Positions 40,660 to 53,394 of a stretch of DNA of 64,000 bases are shown here, one piece after another. Source of the stretch: Callorhinchus milii (lineage: Eukaryota). The stretch lies in NCBI RefSeq assembly GCF_018977255.1, contig NW_024704743.1:17486001-17550000 (forward strand), in the 5' to 3' direction. Both the position numbers and the translations under genes were made by a program. Numbering within the stretch: the stretch's first letter is position 1; every line of letters starts with the position of its first letter. The notes below the pieces were generated by a model. The model ran no database searches and had not been told where the DNA came from. It was given only the letters and a program-made list of their open reading frames with translations.

Positions 40660-41931
40660 AAGGCAATTGTTATAATACAGTACAAGGTGTACTTAACAGT
40701 ACATACAATTTGTACTATCAAATTGAAAACTACAAGTTATATGAAACATTTAATGAGTAATGGTCAGAAATATATTAAGTCTCTCTCTTTAAAGGGCCTT
40801 CAAACGTCCATGAATAAATTGGCCATGTGTACTAAGTTGTGGTTTTGGTGTACTGACCTATAAGAGGGTTCAAATGGATGTTAAGACATTTTCCTATTGA
40901 AAAGACAATAGAAACCACTTATCATCCATTTTCTAGTGGCAAGTTTTACTGCAGAATTATCTCCATGCTTTCTTGCTCAGTGAATAAATGATTCATGCAA
41001 CTTGAGGGACTCGGTGAAGGAAATATATTAGAAAATGGGCACTATGAACAATTCAAGGCAGGAACAATGGACACCTATATGTCCCGGGAATTTTTTAGAA
41101 CTTCTCTAAAACTCAATTCCTTTGCATTTCAATAAATCCTAGAACACCCATCTAATCCCAAGAACTGAAGGACAAACTCCATCTCAAATGAGGATGTTAA
41201 AAACATCAACACTTTCTAGACATACTCAATAGGTAACTTATGCACGTATTCTATGGCCAGGCCTACATAAAAGCAATATACGAGACTAACATGAAAAATG
41301 TTAAATTGTTTTGTTCATAAAAAACAGCCAGAACAATTGAGAACTTTTTGAAATGTAGTTGAATAATTTCACATTTAACATATATGTTAATATATAAAAC
41401 TACGAGGCAACCCATGTATACTGTACTAATCAACATGAGTCAGGAATGTTACTTACATTGACATCCAATGCAATATACTGAACGTGGCAGTTGCTTTCTC
41501 TCTTTCATCATACATTTTGTAACATAAGCAATTACAGTTAAGATTTCAAAATTTAAGCTGGGTTGTTGGCCAATTTGTTGATGAAGGACATTTCCAAAAA
41601 ATTATACAGTTTCAAATAATCTAGCTGGTCACCAAACAATAACTATCTAAATCAAATTAGAATTTTTTGTCAATTGCTTCTGAACCCAAAATATGCAAAC
41701 ACTAATGATTTTTTTTAAAAAAGAGGAAAAGAGTGGTTAGGAGCAAAAAAAAACTTATAATTGTTCAGGCACAAATAGCTTAATAACAATGAGAAGTAAA
41801 ATACAAAATAAATTGCTTTATAGATTTCTTATAATCACCTGTAGTTTCATTGAGCTCACTTTCACATTAACAACCTCATTTAAAATGAAGTGGAATAGCT
41901 GTACTTAATTGTTTGATGAACAGTTAAAGAG

Positions 41932-42160
41932 AAAAACAGAAGTCCCTGGGAACACTCAGCAGGTCAGGCAGCATCTATGGAGAAAGGAAAGTGAGTCAAC
42001 ATTTCAGTTCTATGACTCTTCGTCAGAACTGGACGAAGAGTTGTGGATCCGAAATGTTGACTCACTTTCCTTTCTCCATAGATGCTGCCTGACCCGCTGA
42101 GTGTTCCCAGGGACTTCTGTTTTTGTTTTCAGATTTCCAGCATCTGCAGATTTTGTGTTT
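41932..42160. mobile_element. Second PLE-derived foldback, almost spacer-less palindrome
   Basis: Same family as the 20 kb element. AGTTAAAGAG duplicated at 41922-41931 and 42161-42170. Confidence 0.75.
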
Positions 42161-42459
42161 AGTTAAAGAGAAAACTTTGATAGTCATACTTTAAAGTACT
42201 GTTAAGTTTTCTTGTGTAATGGAATTAAGGAATAAATAATTTAAATGGTTGGCAGTAAAACATTTGCAAATATTCAAACAAGTACACTTGTAAATGTAGC
42301 ATCTTCATTGTGGAATCCCGATTGAAACATTAGTAAATTATCTTGGGACACATGGGATGTAACTGCTTTTTTAAAAAAAAACTGCAGTTCTTTGTCTTGC
42401 TAATGGTTATTTGAACTGCGAATCTTTAACTCAAAAATAGGACTGAAATGCTTTAACAG

Positions 42460-42960
42460 AAAGTTTCACCCACAAAATATACTGTCAATCCACTTTACAA
42501 TATATTCTGTGAGGCACTTTGAAATGTCTCAGTGAAGAGATAAGGTGCTATATCAAATGCAAAGATTATTATTAAACCTAAAAAGCAATTTGCTTTAAAT
42601 GGACTTCATCTTCTGATAAGCCTAGTTATGAGATGAAACGTTCATCAAAACTTTATTTTAAAAAAAACAGATTTTGCAGATACAAAGAGAAGCAATCAGT
42701 GGATGCAAATAAATAGGTTAAGAAATATCTGGACTCTGAAGTCATTAAAACCTTTCCCAACAACAGGGCTCATATAATAATCCTTGCATTTGAAATAGCA
42801 CCTTATTAGGTTGTTGAGATGCCTCAAAGTGCTTTGCAGAATACACTCTGAAATAAATTGACTGTATATTTTGTGGGAGAAACGTGGCAGCCAATTGCGC
42901 ACTGCACTGTCTGACAAGCAGTGGTGGATTGAGTGACCAAATTATAATTTTTAAAAATAT
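42460..42960. mobile_element. Two SINE 3' fragments in opposite orientation (+42460-42575, -42775-42960)
   Basis: Tail homology. Confidence 0.75.
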
Positions 42961-44956
42961 TATTACAAAGCCCTTCCCAAAAAATACAATACCTAGCATG
43001 AATTAAAACAGTAGCAGAGAATTAGTATTATTAAAGACAGAGTACAGGAGAGCCCATACCCCTTAATGTAGGTGTAAAATGGCTCAGACACACATTATTT
43101 CTGTTTGTAACCAAAGTACAATATTTTATAAAGTCATCTGAATTATAAGCAGGGTTACGTATGGCTAATATTGAAATCCTCCCCAGGGCTCAGCACGCCA
43201 TCAATAGCTTGATTTATTTCTGCTTTGATTTCGAAAGGGTGAGTAGGAGTAGACGGATAGGATGGGAAACAAGAGGGTGGGATCTCTGCAATTCGTTTTC
43301 CTCCAGACTCTTGATTTAGAAGGACATAACAACGGTCTACGGTTTACTCCTTAAGTACATCGTTTTATATAAGTATATTGCACACTCTCTTTATGCTAAT
43401 ATGACATCTCCACTTCTAATAGCAGTTATCCTTGTGGCTTCCAAACTTCAAAATTATCACGGTAATTTTACTTTTCTGAATGAAATATTACTAGAATGAA
43501 TTGTTTTACACTTTTCTACCCATTGATCTTTTTCAGTGGAAGATTTTTAAAATCTTCTTTGCTAAATATCAGAAGAGGTACATTTACGTGAATACGACGT
43601 GGTCTACTACAAGGTACAATCGAGGCTTAACAAAGGAGGCCTAGGATCTACATGTCAGTCTGTTTCCTCCACAGAAGCTTGTTCTATGACATAGGTGTAT
43701 TTTGTTTACATAAAATTTACACAAGCAGCTGAATGCAGTTTGCAACATAAAACTCGTTCTGTGTTCCCACAATACTTGCTTTTACACAATAGCTTCCACA
43801 TCCAGCTTCAGAAATTGTGCTTGCCAAGGTTTCCACTTTACAGCACCTGTTTTACTGTCCTGTTGCTCTGATAATTGCAAATAAAGTACAATAGTTCTCT
43901 TATCCACTTGAAGATGTCAGTCAATTCTCTCACCTCCAGAGTACTCTCCATCTTCTGAAACAGTGCTTGCACTAACTCAGTTGAAATGCCACCTAAACAA
44001 TAGTTTGCTCTCCATGGCTCTATTCTGCATCAAGAGAACACGACTGACCTAAAACCTCCAGTACCTCAATTCCTTCCCACCAAAGGTACACATCTTATGG
44101 ATAAATAGCTATAATATTTATTATAATAATCTGCAAAATTTAGCCAAGGACAGAGTGGAAGGTATGAGAAAATCATTGAAAGCAAAGCAAACAAAATCAC
44201 CCCTCACAGATGCATCTTTCTCCCAAGATAGTTCAACCAGTGTGATATTAAAAAGACATTTATTTTAAAAATAATAAAAGCAGCTATTTTACTGGACACC
44301 CAACAAGTCACAACATTTCAACATAAACTGCAAAAGTGCAACAAATTATTTGTTTTAGAAATTAGTAGATGAAATGTTCAAATAAAGGATTCAAAACTGT
44401 TCAACAATTTGACAACTCCATTTTATGTCTACAATTTTTATGTTTTCTCTGTACCAGTGGTAGAATTTGTCGTTCTTATAACACTTTAAATTGCTAGAGC
44501 TCCATTTTGATCACCTGCTCCTTTTTAGATGTACTCCCAACAACATCAATGCAAACCTTTTCTTGATGTGGATTCATAACTTTACAAAATCAACGTAAGA
44601 AGTGATCTTCTAAACCAAGACAATAACAACAGTACAAACTGGTACTAGAGGTAAATGTTATCTCTTTCATTTGTCTATCAGATAAGTTTTTACATTTCTA
44701 TAGCTTCGACATCCTTTCAATCTGAATTACAACTGCGACATTTTGCAGTACGAACATGCTCTGGAAACAGAGCTTAAACAGATTTCTTAATAGCAATATT
44801 TGTGCCAGCTCTTTAGACTTCCAATGCCATAATTCCTTTTATTTCAATGGATAAATCATCTACCAAGATTTTCTTCTGCATTTGAAAGAATATTATGGCA
44901 AGAACCTAGTTTTCAAGGGCTTGTTTTCCTTTAAGAGTCATCCAGTATGGATTTCT

Positions 44957-45081
44957 TCAGGTTTTAACCTTTTCCAGCTCTCGCTCTTTGTTCACTTTAC
45001 GGAAAAAGGACTTGCCAAATTCATAGGAACTGATCATTATTGCACAGGCTGGGGCTACCTTCATTAATCGAGGGAAGAAAC
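44957..45081 (-). CDS. SLC25A40: SLC25A40 last coding exon to TGA
   Basis: cttcag|GT TTC TTC CCT CGA... [40 protein letters not shown]. Confidence 0.93.
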
Positions 45082-46012
45082 CTGAAGAAGAATAAAGTAG
45101 GAAAACAATTTAGCCCCAAGACAAACAATGCTCTCTCAATGAGAAATCGCTTACACCTTTAATTTTACAATCTATGAAGCACATATCTATCACTTTAGAT
45201 TAAACCCAAACCTGGAAACAGCATTCTAGACATGTGCTTTGAAATGGTTTTACTTTGGCAAAAAATAGTTTAACTACTTAATTTCAACTAACTTTCCTGA
45301 TTGTCATTGAATGCAGATGATTGGGAAACACTGTGACCAGAGACTGGACCAACATTTGCATTTTAGATCACTTCTTTGATTTTAATAACTGCTTGGGTAG
45401 TGAACAAGGCACTCAGAGGAGAAAATGGATCTTAAGAGTGAAATAAATAAAATGTACCCTGTTGTACTCAGAAGCCATATGGTACATGTTTAATTTATAC
45501 TGAAGCCATAGTATAAAGGCAGTTAGGGTGACTTTGAGTACAACAGAAGGCTTCTGAAGAGAGCATAATTTCTATACACAAAACAATCCACGTATCCAGG
45601 TGCTATTCTAATGATGGATCAGTCACAGCACGTGTCTAGATTGATGTTAATGGGTTTGGCTCAAATGGGTTAATGGGTTTGGCTCTGCTGATTTAAAACA
45701 TACAGCAGTCTGCATTCACATATCCACCGGCATCAACATTATTTTAACCCCATGTTAGTACACTGAAGCAGCACCAAAATTGGAAATGGCCGCTCCATGA
45801 GCAACTTACTGGAGGATCAAATATCCACAATTTAAACTAGCTGTTAATAAAATGTTTTAAAAGAAGAAATTGTAATAAATAACTCCCAACTTTTCTGCAA
45901 GAGCTCAATATAAACTTTGCTTCAGGAACTTTATTCGTTAGCTAATGTATTCATTCTGTACGTAGTTGAAAATGCTCAGCGAGTGCTTCAGGAAGCTCAT
46001 GATTGGACTCAC

Positions 46013-46090
46013 CAACAAATAAACCTGAATATCCAGATTCCTTAACGATTTGACTCATTATTACCCAGGTAGACATAGATGTTTTTGGTT
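46013..46090 (-). CDS. SLC25A40: SLC25A40 coding exon
   Basis: tttaag|...|gtgagt. QPKTSMSTWVIMSQIVKESGYSGLFVG. 78 nt. Confidence 0.9.
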
Positions 46091-46896
46091 CTTAAAAAGA
46101 AAATCAATCATTACAAAACTTCTAGATGATTGCACAGCATTGGACTTGACAATTATTTCTTCCTACAATTCTATACCAACAATTGATAATTTTTATCAAT
46201 GTACATAATGATTATTACAGTAAAGTTCTGTTCTTTAAAGATAAATGTTTCTCATTTGTGAGACAAGAGAAATGCACACAAAGCGAGTACAGTACTTCAC
46301 AAACTGAACGCTCAATTGGTAAAGTCTCAAATGGAACAGCAGTAAGAACAAGAGTAGCCAAAGTGAGAATGTCCATGTGTGTAGATGTTGACAAGTACAA
46401 GAGCATGCTTGTAGTAACCCTCTTCCCCCCATGGTCCTACGGACGACTAACACCCATTTATAACAACAACTTTACTTTTATCTAGCGCCTTTCACAAGGT
46501 ACTGGACAGTCCAGGCTTTGCACTAGGCGGGTGGGCGGGGGGGAAAGAGCCAAAGGGGCTACTTGCTCAAGTTACATTTGTTTGAATAAATGAATAGCCC
46601 GTTTGTTATATGTATAGCTAAATGCTAAATATTAGCTATAAATATCTTTAAAAAGCTATATATGTTTAATATATAAAAATACAAATATACATACTGTGAA
46701 AAGCTATACATTTTTAAATAACTTTATTAAATGTAATTTTAGCTAAAACTAAATAATTTAAAAAATCTAATTTTTCTTTGATTATCTTTCAGAGCTAATT
46801 ATTTTAAGTAAGATTTTAGAAATCTGTATAAATTTCACACCACATATAGTTCTAAATAATGAGTTTCAAAAGAAACATTTAAGAAATTACAAGTCA

Positions 46897-46953
46897 TAGA
46901 ATCACAGAATTATACAGCACAGAAGGAGGCCATTCGGCCCATCGTGCCTGTGA
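46897..46953 (-). mobile_element. CR1 tail-only insertion with TSD
   Basis: tagaatcacagaattatacagcacagaaggaggccattcggcccatc flanked by AAGTCA at 46891-46896 and 46954-46959. Confidence 0.85.
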
Positions 46954-46982
46954 AAGTCAAATTTCAAAAACAGAGAACATAC

Positions 46983-47064
46983 GAGTTAATGCTTCCAGCT
47001 CTCCAAGTGCAATCTGCCGTCGTGTTTTCACGACATCAAATGGTAGGGTGATGGTAGCTGCAAT
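46983..47064 (-). CDS. SLC25A40: SLC25A40 coding exon
   Basis: tttcag|...|gtatgt. [27 protein letters not shown], with carrier signature PFDVVKTR. 82 nt. Confidence 0.93.
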
Positions 47065-47077
47065 CTGAAAAGAGATT

Positions 47078-47570
47078 ACAATTTACATTTACGTAGCCAC
47101 TGTCATGTCAATAAGTCATCTCAAAACATTTCACATCTGGGCACCTGAGCTTGGGAGGGGGAGAGGAGAAGAAAGGGAACCGAGGAGGGTTTGGGGGTAA
47201 AGACTGAAAATGACCAAACCAAAAGCTCGGTTGAAAAGATAGGTCGCAAGGTGAAATTTAAATTGGGGAAATGGGCAAGACACAGGGAATCTGGGATGGA
47301 GTTCCAGCGAGCAGAGCTGGGATCGCTGAAAGCTCGCCCACCAATGGTGAGCGGATTGGGTGAGGAATACAAATCAAGCTATTGTTAGATGAGGGGGTGT
47401 ATGAGATTGCAAAGTTAGGGGTGAATCCATGGAGGGGATTTAAATGCGAAGACAAGGATCTTAAATTCAAACTGTTTACAGGATGGGAAGACAGTGGAGC
47501 TGCATGAGGGCAAGGGCACGATAGGATGAAAGCGTCTGATGTGGGAGAGGACATGGCCTACAGTTCTGGT
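47078..47570 (-). mobile_element. Old L2 3' fragment
   Basis: FEFKILVFAFKS and TIGGRAFS...RWNSIPDSL peptides on minus. Confidence 0.8.
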
Positions 47571-47811
47571 CGGTTTGCAACTTGTGTAGGAAAGTGCTTT
47601 ATTAAAAAAAGCTGATGTACAAGAGGTTACGACAGAAGGCAATAATTGAATTTTAATTTGATTAGCATGGTCTCATACTCTATTAAACACAGCAATTTCT
47701 TTATGGTTGGGAGGATGGAATGATCTAGTGTGGAAAGTGGTGAACATTGTTTTTTTNATAATGTTAGACAAGATATTCTGGAATTTCACAATAGAACTAG
47801 GAGAAAAAAAA

Positions 47812-48126
47812 TTATAATAATAATCCTTGCATTTGATATAGCGCTTTTCACGTCGGGAGGACGTCCCAAAGCGCTTCACAGAACACACTGTAAAGTGAAT
47901 TGACTGTATATTTGTGGGTGAACGTGGCAGCCAATTGCGCACAGCAATGTCCCACAAATAGTCGTAGATTGAAAATGACCAATTTATTATTGTTTTTGGT
48001 TTTGGAGGGATTATTATTAGGCGTGTGGAGTAAGGAAACTTGCACAAGGTTTCGCCCTGCCTGGAATTGAACTCAGGTCTCTCACTTGCAAAGCGAATGC
48101 TCTAACCACTGAGCTACAGGTCTCCA
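47812..48126 (-). mobile_element. Young SINE, short subfamily
   Basis: Near-identical to 30645-30966. Confidence 0.92.
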
Positions 48127-48244
48127 CGGCTTTACCTTCAAGAGATAAGCTAGGTAAAACCCATGATGAGGCAAATTGTATAAAGCCTCCACAAAAAGCA
48201 TGCTTTTCCTCATTCTAGTTTTTCTTATGTAACATTTTATCTAA

Positions 48245-48670
48245 TAAGATTTACATTTCGTATAGTGCTTTTCATGTCAGGAGGATGTCCTAAAGCGCTT
48301 CATAGGATATACTGTATTGGAGTGACTATGATTTGAGGGTAAATGCAGCAGCTAATTTGTACACATAAAGTCCTACAAACAGCCATGAAGTGAATGACCA
48401 CATTTTATTTGGGGATTGTTGACGAGGACACTGGGAGAAAGTCCCTTCTCTTTCGAATAGTGCTACATTTTAACATACGCCTGAACAGGCACAGAGGGCC
48501 TGGATTTAACATCTCATCCAAAGGATGGTATCTCCCAACAATGCAGCATCTTCCCCCCCCACCCAGCATTCCATTGGAGCGGAAACAGACAATTTGGGTG
48601 GCAAGTCCTAACATGGGGCTTGAATTCATAACCTTTTGACCCAGAGGAAAAAATGCTGCCAATTGAGCCA
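48245..48670 (-). mobile_element. Ancient Deu-domain SINE, near full length
   Basis: Minus strand reads tggctcaattggcagcat...tctgggtcaaaaggttatgaattcaagcccc...ggatgagatgttaaatccaggccc...cccagtgtcct...gctgtttgtagg, then the L2 tail. Confidence 0.75.
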
Positions 48671-49268
48671 TTCTGATTTATAACAGGCACTTTAAAAATC
48701 AAACTTGACTTTCTTATTAAGTCCTACTGCACTAATAAATCATCTTGAGCCAGAGGTGCATTTGTTTCTAAAAAAAGCTGTAATTCAATTGAAATTTAGA
48801 AAAACCTGAATGTTTAAGGAAAAGTCATTATTATAATACACTGGAGCCATCAAACAATTTTAACTTGTACACAAATATGAGCAAAAAACAATTTACATTT
48901 ATACAATTAAGATGTCCTCCTGATGTGAAAGGTACAATATAAATGTAAATCTTTATTTTATTGTACTACTAGCATTAATATATTAAAATGTGCCCATAAA
49001 ACACTTTACAATATATCCTGTGAACCTCTCTGAGATGTCGCAACAACGTGTTAAGGTGCTATATCAAATACAAGGATCATTTTTATTATTAAATATTGAT
49101 TACAATTATTCTACAATAAAATAACATTAATAATTATTATGATTCAGTGCCTTGGGATGTCCTCCCGACGTGAAAGGCGCTATACAAATGTGATTTTTAT
49201 GAATTTCTGGTTCAAATGAACTACTTAAAATCACCTAACAGCAGAAGGTTCCGTTACTAGAAACTTAC

Positions 49269-49378
49269 AGAGCCTGATGCTGCTCCAGAAGCAAAACTTA
49301 TCATGAAGGTTGGCTCACTTAGATTGCGCTTCTTGCACAACGCATTCTTCATCAGTTCATAGTTAAACCAGTAAGTTG
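49269..49378 (-). CDS. SLC25A40: SLC25A40 coding exon
   Basis: ccacag|...|gtaagt. ATYWFNYELMKNALCKKRNLSEPTFMISFASGAASGS. 110 nt. Confidence 0.93.
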
Positions 49379-49589
49379 CTGTGGGGACAGACAGTGGAAG
49401 TAAAAGTCTGCCGCATGGCTTTCCATTTGCAGCAGTACAGCTTCTCATTACTAACCAATAATGCTTCAACAAGACCCGAAAGATAGAGTGCAAGGGGAAG
49501 GGTTAATTTTGTTTCAGTAACTGCAGTTTTAAAAACAGTAAATTTTCAGGCAAGATGAAAGAATACGTTTTGAGCAAACACAGATGATA

Positions 49590-49960
49590 ACAATGCCAAC
49601 TTGCATGTACACAGCGCCCTTCCCATGGGGTAGCGTCTTGGAGCATTTAACAAAGGCAGAACCTGATGCCAAGCGGGGGAGAGAAGAGGTGGTCCTAAGC
49701 ACAATCGAACAGGAAGGTCTTCAGGTGTAATCTAAAAAGAGGATAGGACGGGGCAAAGCAGAGGCATTGAAGGAGAGAGCTCCAAAGTTTTGGGGCGTAC
49801 TGGGTGAAAGCACAGCCAACAATGGTGGAGAGGGGAGGGATAATCAGGAGGCCAGAGCCAGCCGAGTGGAGGTGGTGGGTGGTGGAGTGGGGAAAAAGAA
49901 GGTCAAAAAGGTAGAGAGGTGCCAGGGTGTGAAGGGATTTGTAATGAGTGTGAGGATACA
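49590..49960 (-). mobile_element. L2 3' fragment with second tail type
   Basis: KSLHTLAPLYLFDLL...APKLWSSL...LKTFLFD on minus; tail ends tgcaagttgg. Confidence 0.8.
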
Positions 49961-51493
49961 CACTCGTTTGCAGCTTTTTAAACAGGACTGTTCCAATAGA
50001 TAATAATTGTAAGATGGTTCTGGGGTTGTTCTAGTTTTGGAGTGAATAGACAGGTCTTTCTTACAATTCTTACATTTTTCCCAGTAGCTCACGGGTTCTG
50101 CTAAATTTAGTACAAATATTCAAACAAAATTTGGCACACATTAATTGTGCTATTTTAAATTGAAAATAATTTACATTTCAGAAGTACAAGTAATCAGTTA
50201 ACTGCAGTTGCGTATCAAACGTTGAACAGTAAACTCCTAATAACTCATCATTCCGAGGGTAAACTGCTCAGTGATGAGTTATGAGGAGTGGTGAGTTAAG
50301 CGTATGTATAAAAACATAAATAAATGCAGCCGGGATGCTGACAGCACAATGACAAATTAAACCAGAGTCGTGTTATCAGGAATTTATTTTGTTACAAGAT
50401 TTCAGCAGTTTGGGGAAAATAGCTGAATGGGAAACATTTGTATTGAAATGTTAACCTTGCATATATTACCGATTAAACGATAATCTGTGTTATAATGAGA
50501 ATCCATTGTATTACATTAATTGAACGGCTTCAAAAACGCCCCAATACTTATTTTATTTAAACCTTTGCATTTCTGTAAAAATGCAATGATTATTATTATT
50601 TGTTTTCAAAGAGAATATTAACTATCAGAAGAATATTAAATAGTTGGGGAGCGAGTGGAAGAGTAGGACTAGGCTGGATGACTCATGTGGAGAAAAAACA
50701 CCAGCACACAGGTGATAATCCGTTTCTGCATTGTAACCTTTCACATTTTATAGAGTAAATTTGTTTGCAAGGTTTCATATTTTCTGATTTCAAGTTATTC
50801 TAAAATCCCACTAATATAAAAAAAATCCATTGCTCCATATATTAATACAATACTTCTTTTTAAAATTATAAATCTGAACAGGAATTCTCAATAAACATGA
50901 GAAATGGAACAATGTCAACTGATCAGACTGGAGGGAAATTTTAAAGTGTGGATTTAAAAATTACTCGGTAGCAACAGCATTTTTGAGATGGAATCATTCC
51001 AATAACCTTCAGAATGAATGAATGGGATTGAACTGTACATACATTGGCCTGAAAATATTTAAATTCAACATTTTTGTACTTTTGCAGTAAATCGTGTCAT
51101 TATCTTCAAGTTCAATTTGTGAATAAAGCAGGCCTTCGAGTTTCTACCATCCCCTGGTCTGAAGCTGACAGTCAGCAGTGGTTCAGATCCTGCTCAACAG
51201 GATCTTTACATTAAGACCAGCCAACTAACTATTTCTTTTAATAGTCTAGATCCAGTGAAATGGATTAAAGGTAAAATGAAAATTTAAATTTTGTGGATTT
51301 TCAGTATTATGGAGCCACTTATTTTAGCACAACTGACCCATTCAGTTAATACGCGAGTATCTATTAGAATTAGACTTTTTTGTATTCCAAGATACTTTAA
51401 ACAAAAAATAAAGTTAAGTTGCTAATTTTATCATTACTGTGCAGACCTTTGCTGGTAAAGCGCACAGATGTTCTATTAAAACACATGACTGAC

Positions 51494-51667
51494 CTGAGAA
51501 AGGCACATCTCGAAGTACTGTGGGACCCCACCCCCTCCAGAGGGAGAGCCAGCCATCCTGCCGTACAGCAATCCGAACAACAGTACCTAGTTGCTTATAT
51601 GTCAGTTTACGAGATTGCAATTTTGTCCTCATCAGCTCCAATGGACTTATAACAGACACTGCACCCA
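51494..51667 (-). CDS. SLC25A40: SLC25A40 coding exon
   Basis: tttcag|...|gtcagt. [58 protein letters not shown], with carrier signature PLELMRTK. 174 nt. Confidence 0.93.
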
Positions 51668-51949
51668 CTGAAACAAACAACAACAAATTGCATTTATTAT
51701 AGCATCTTTCATGTCAGGAGGATGTCCCAATGCCCTGAAACATAAGAAACAAAATGTGTTCAGTTCTTAAAGCAGTACCATATCTGTCCGAGCTGCGGAC
51801 AGGAAGATGGTGGCAATCCTCTCATGCATATCACGCTGGGGTGTGTTGCCAACCAGAAAATTTGGAGTGAGTTCCTGGTAGTTACCATCCTCTTAGTGAG
51901 GGCTCAAAACCGTGCTTGTCAGATGCCAAATGACCAACTACTGACTATC

Positions 51950-52360
51950 CTCCTGATGGGGGGGGAAGTATGTAGATATTAAAGAGGACAGAGCCCTGAG
52001 GCACGTCACAAGTGACGTTGGGAGGACGTCGCAGGGGTAATAATGAAACAGGCAAGGATAAAAACGTGAAGGTGGAATTGAGAAGATGATGGAGAAGAAT
52101 AGAATGGTCAACAATATTGAAGGGGGCAGAGAGGAGGAGTTCATACAGGAAGAGGAAAGAGCGAAGCCGGGAAGCAGTTACTCATCCAGTCTTGTTCCTT
52201 GGAGAGGAAAGGGAGGTTGGAGGTGGCACAATCAGGGTAAAGGGATAGGTCAAGGGAAAAAATTTTGCGGAAGAGGGCTGTTTTGAAGGGATGGGAATTG
52301 GCTGGTGGACAAAAAGAGTTACGATGTCTGCAAGCAGGGTGGCAAGGAGGTGGAGGTTTA
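51950..52360 (-). mobile_element. Decayed internal L2 fragment
   Basis: Purine-rich plus strand homologous to the reverse complement of the long L2 (about 62130-62520). Confidence 0.55.
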
Positions 52361-53394
52361 CAACCTTACCAACCTGCTCAGTTAATTCTGTTCTAGCTTT
52401 CTGAAGTTCTCAAAATAAATGTAAAAGCAGTAAAATCTTCTCTGCAGCAGACTTCTTATAGTTTCCTAACCTTTCCAATGGTGCCACCTTGTGGCATTTC
52501 CTTTGCTAAATTCCTATTATCCTGAACTATACACTAACTGGGTGACTCTCACAATCCTCTGCCAATGGTTCTCTGAGTCGCCAATATGAAGTATATAGGA
52601 AAGGGGGTAAGGAAATCTCCCTTTTGGGAAGCCAAATCTCTATAAGGCTGGAAATTCCACAGAATTGAAATTCAGCATCAGGAAAGTAGAAACATAATAA
52701 TAATGCTTGCATTTGGTATAGTGCCATTCATGTCAGAAGTCCCAAAGTACTTCACAGGAATCGAATGACTACATTTTTATAGACAAACACGACAGCTCAA
52801 TTGTGCACAGCAATATCCCACAATCAGCCATATAATAAATGACCAATTTTATTGGGGGATTGTTGGCCAGGATATAGGAAGGAACTCCCTCTCTTTTCAA
52901 ATAGTGCAATGGCATCTTTAACATCCACTTAACAGGCAGACAGGATCTTGGCTTAACAACTCATCTCAGCACTCCTAGAAGGGTGCTATGTAAGTTCAAG
53001 TCGTTGTTGTTGTTGCTGGGTTTGTGCATGCAGCAGACATAAAACTGACCCCAAAAAACCTTGGTTTTGATTAAAAACTTGTTATGAACAATTACCTAGT
53101 TTAACAAGTAAACACATCTTAATTGCCTACCACCTTTTTACCCTATTACATGTTGTATTGTATGATGTATAATTATTGTGCAGGTCACTTCTCTATTCAC
53201 TGAGTCATGGCTTGTTGCTTGAGTTAATATTTAACACTTTACCCCTCTTGGGAAGAGAAAGTTAGGGAATGTAATTGAGAAAGTATAGGTTAGTTTATCC
53301 CATCACTCACATAGCAATTGAATCAATTATATTAAAAACAGGAAGAAATCTAATGAATTGTGACATCTGTAGATCCTGTTTCCTATAGGGTAAT

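Noticed and set aside
45646..45685. Short tandem duplications (also about 15858-15888 and 5558-5609)
   Set aside because: Ordinary slippage duplications; no CRISPR-like repeat-spacer structure anywhere in the window.
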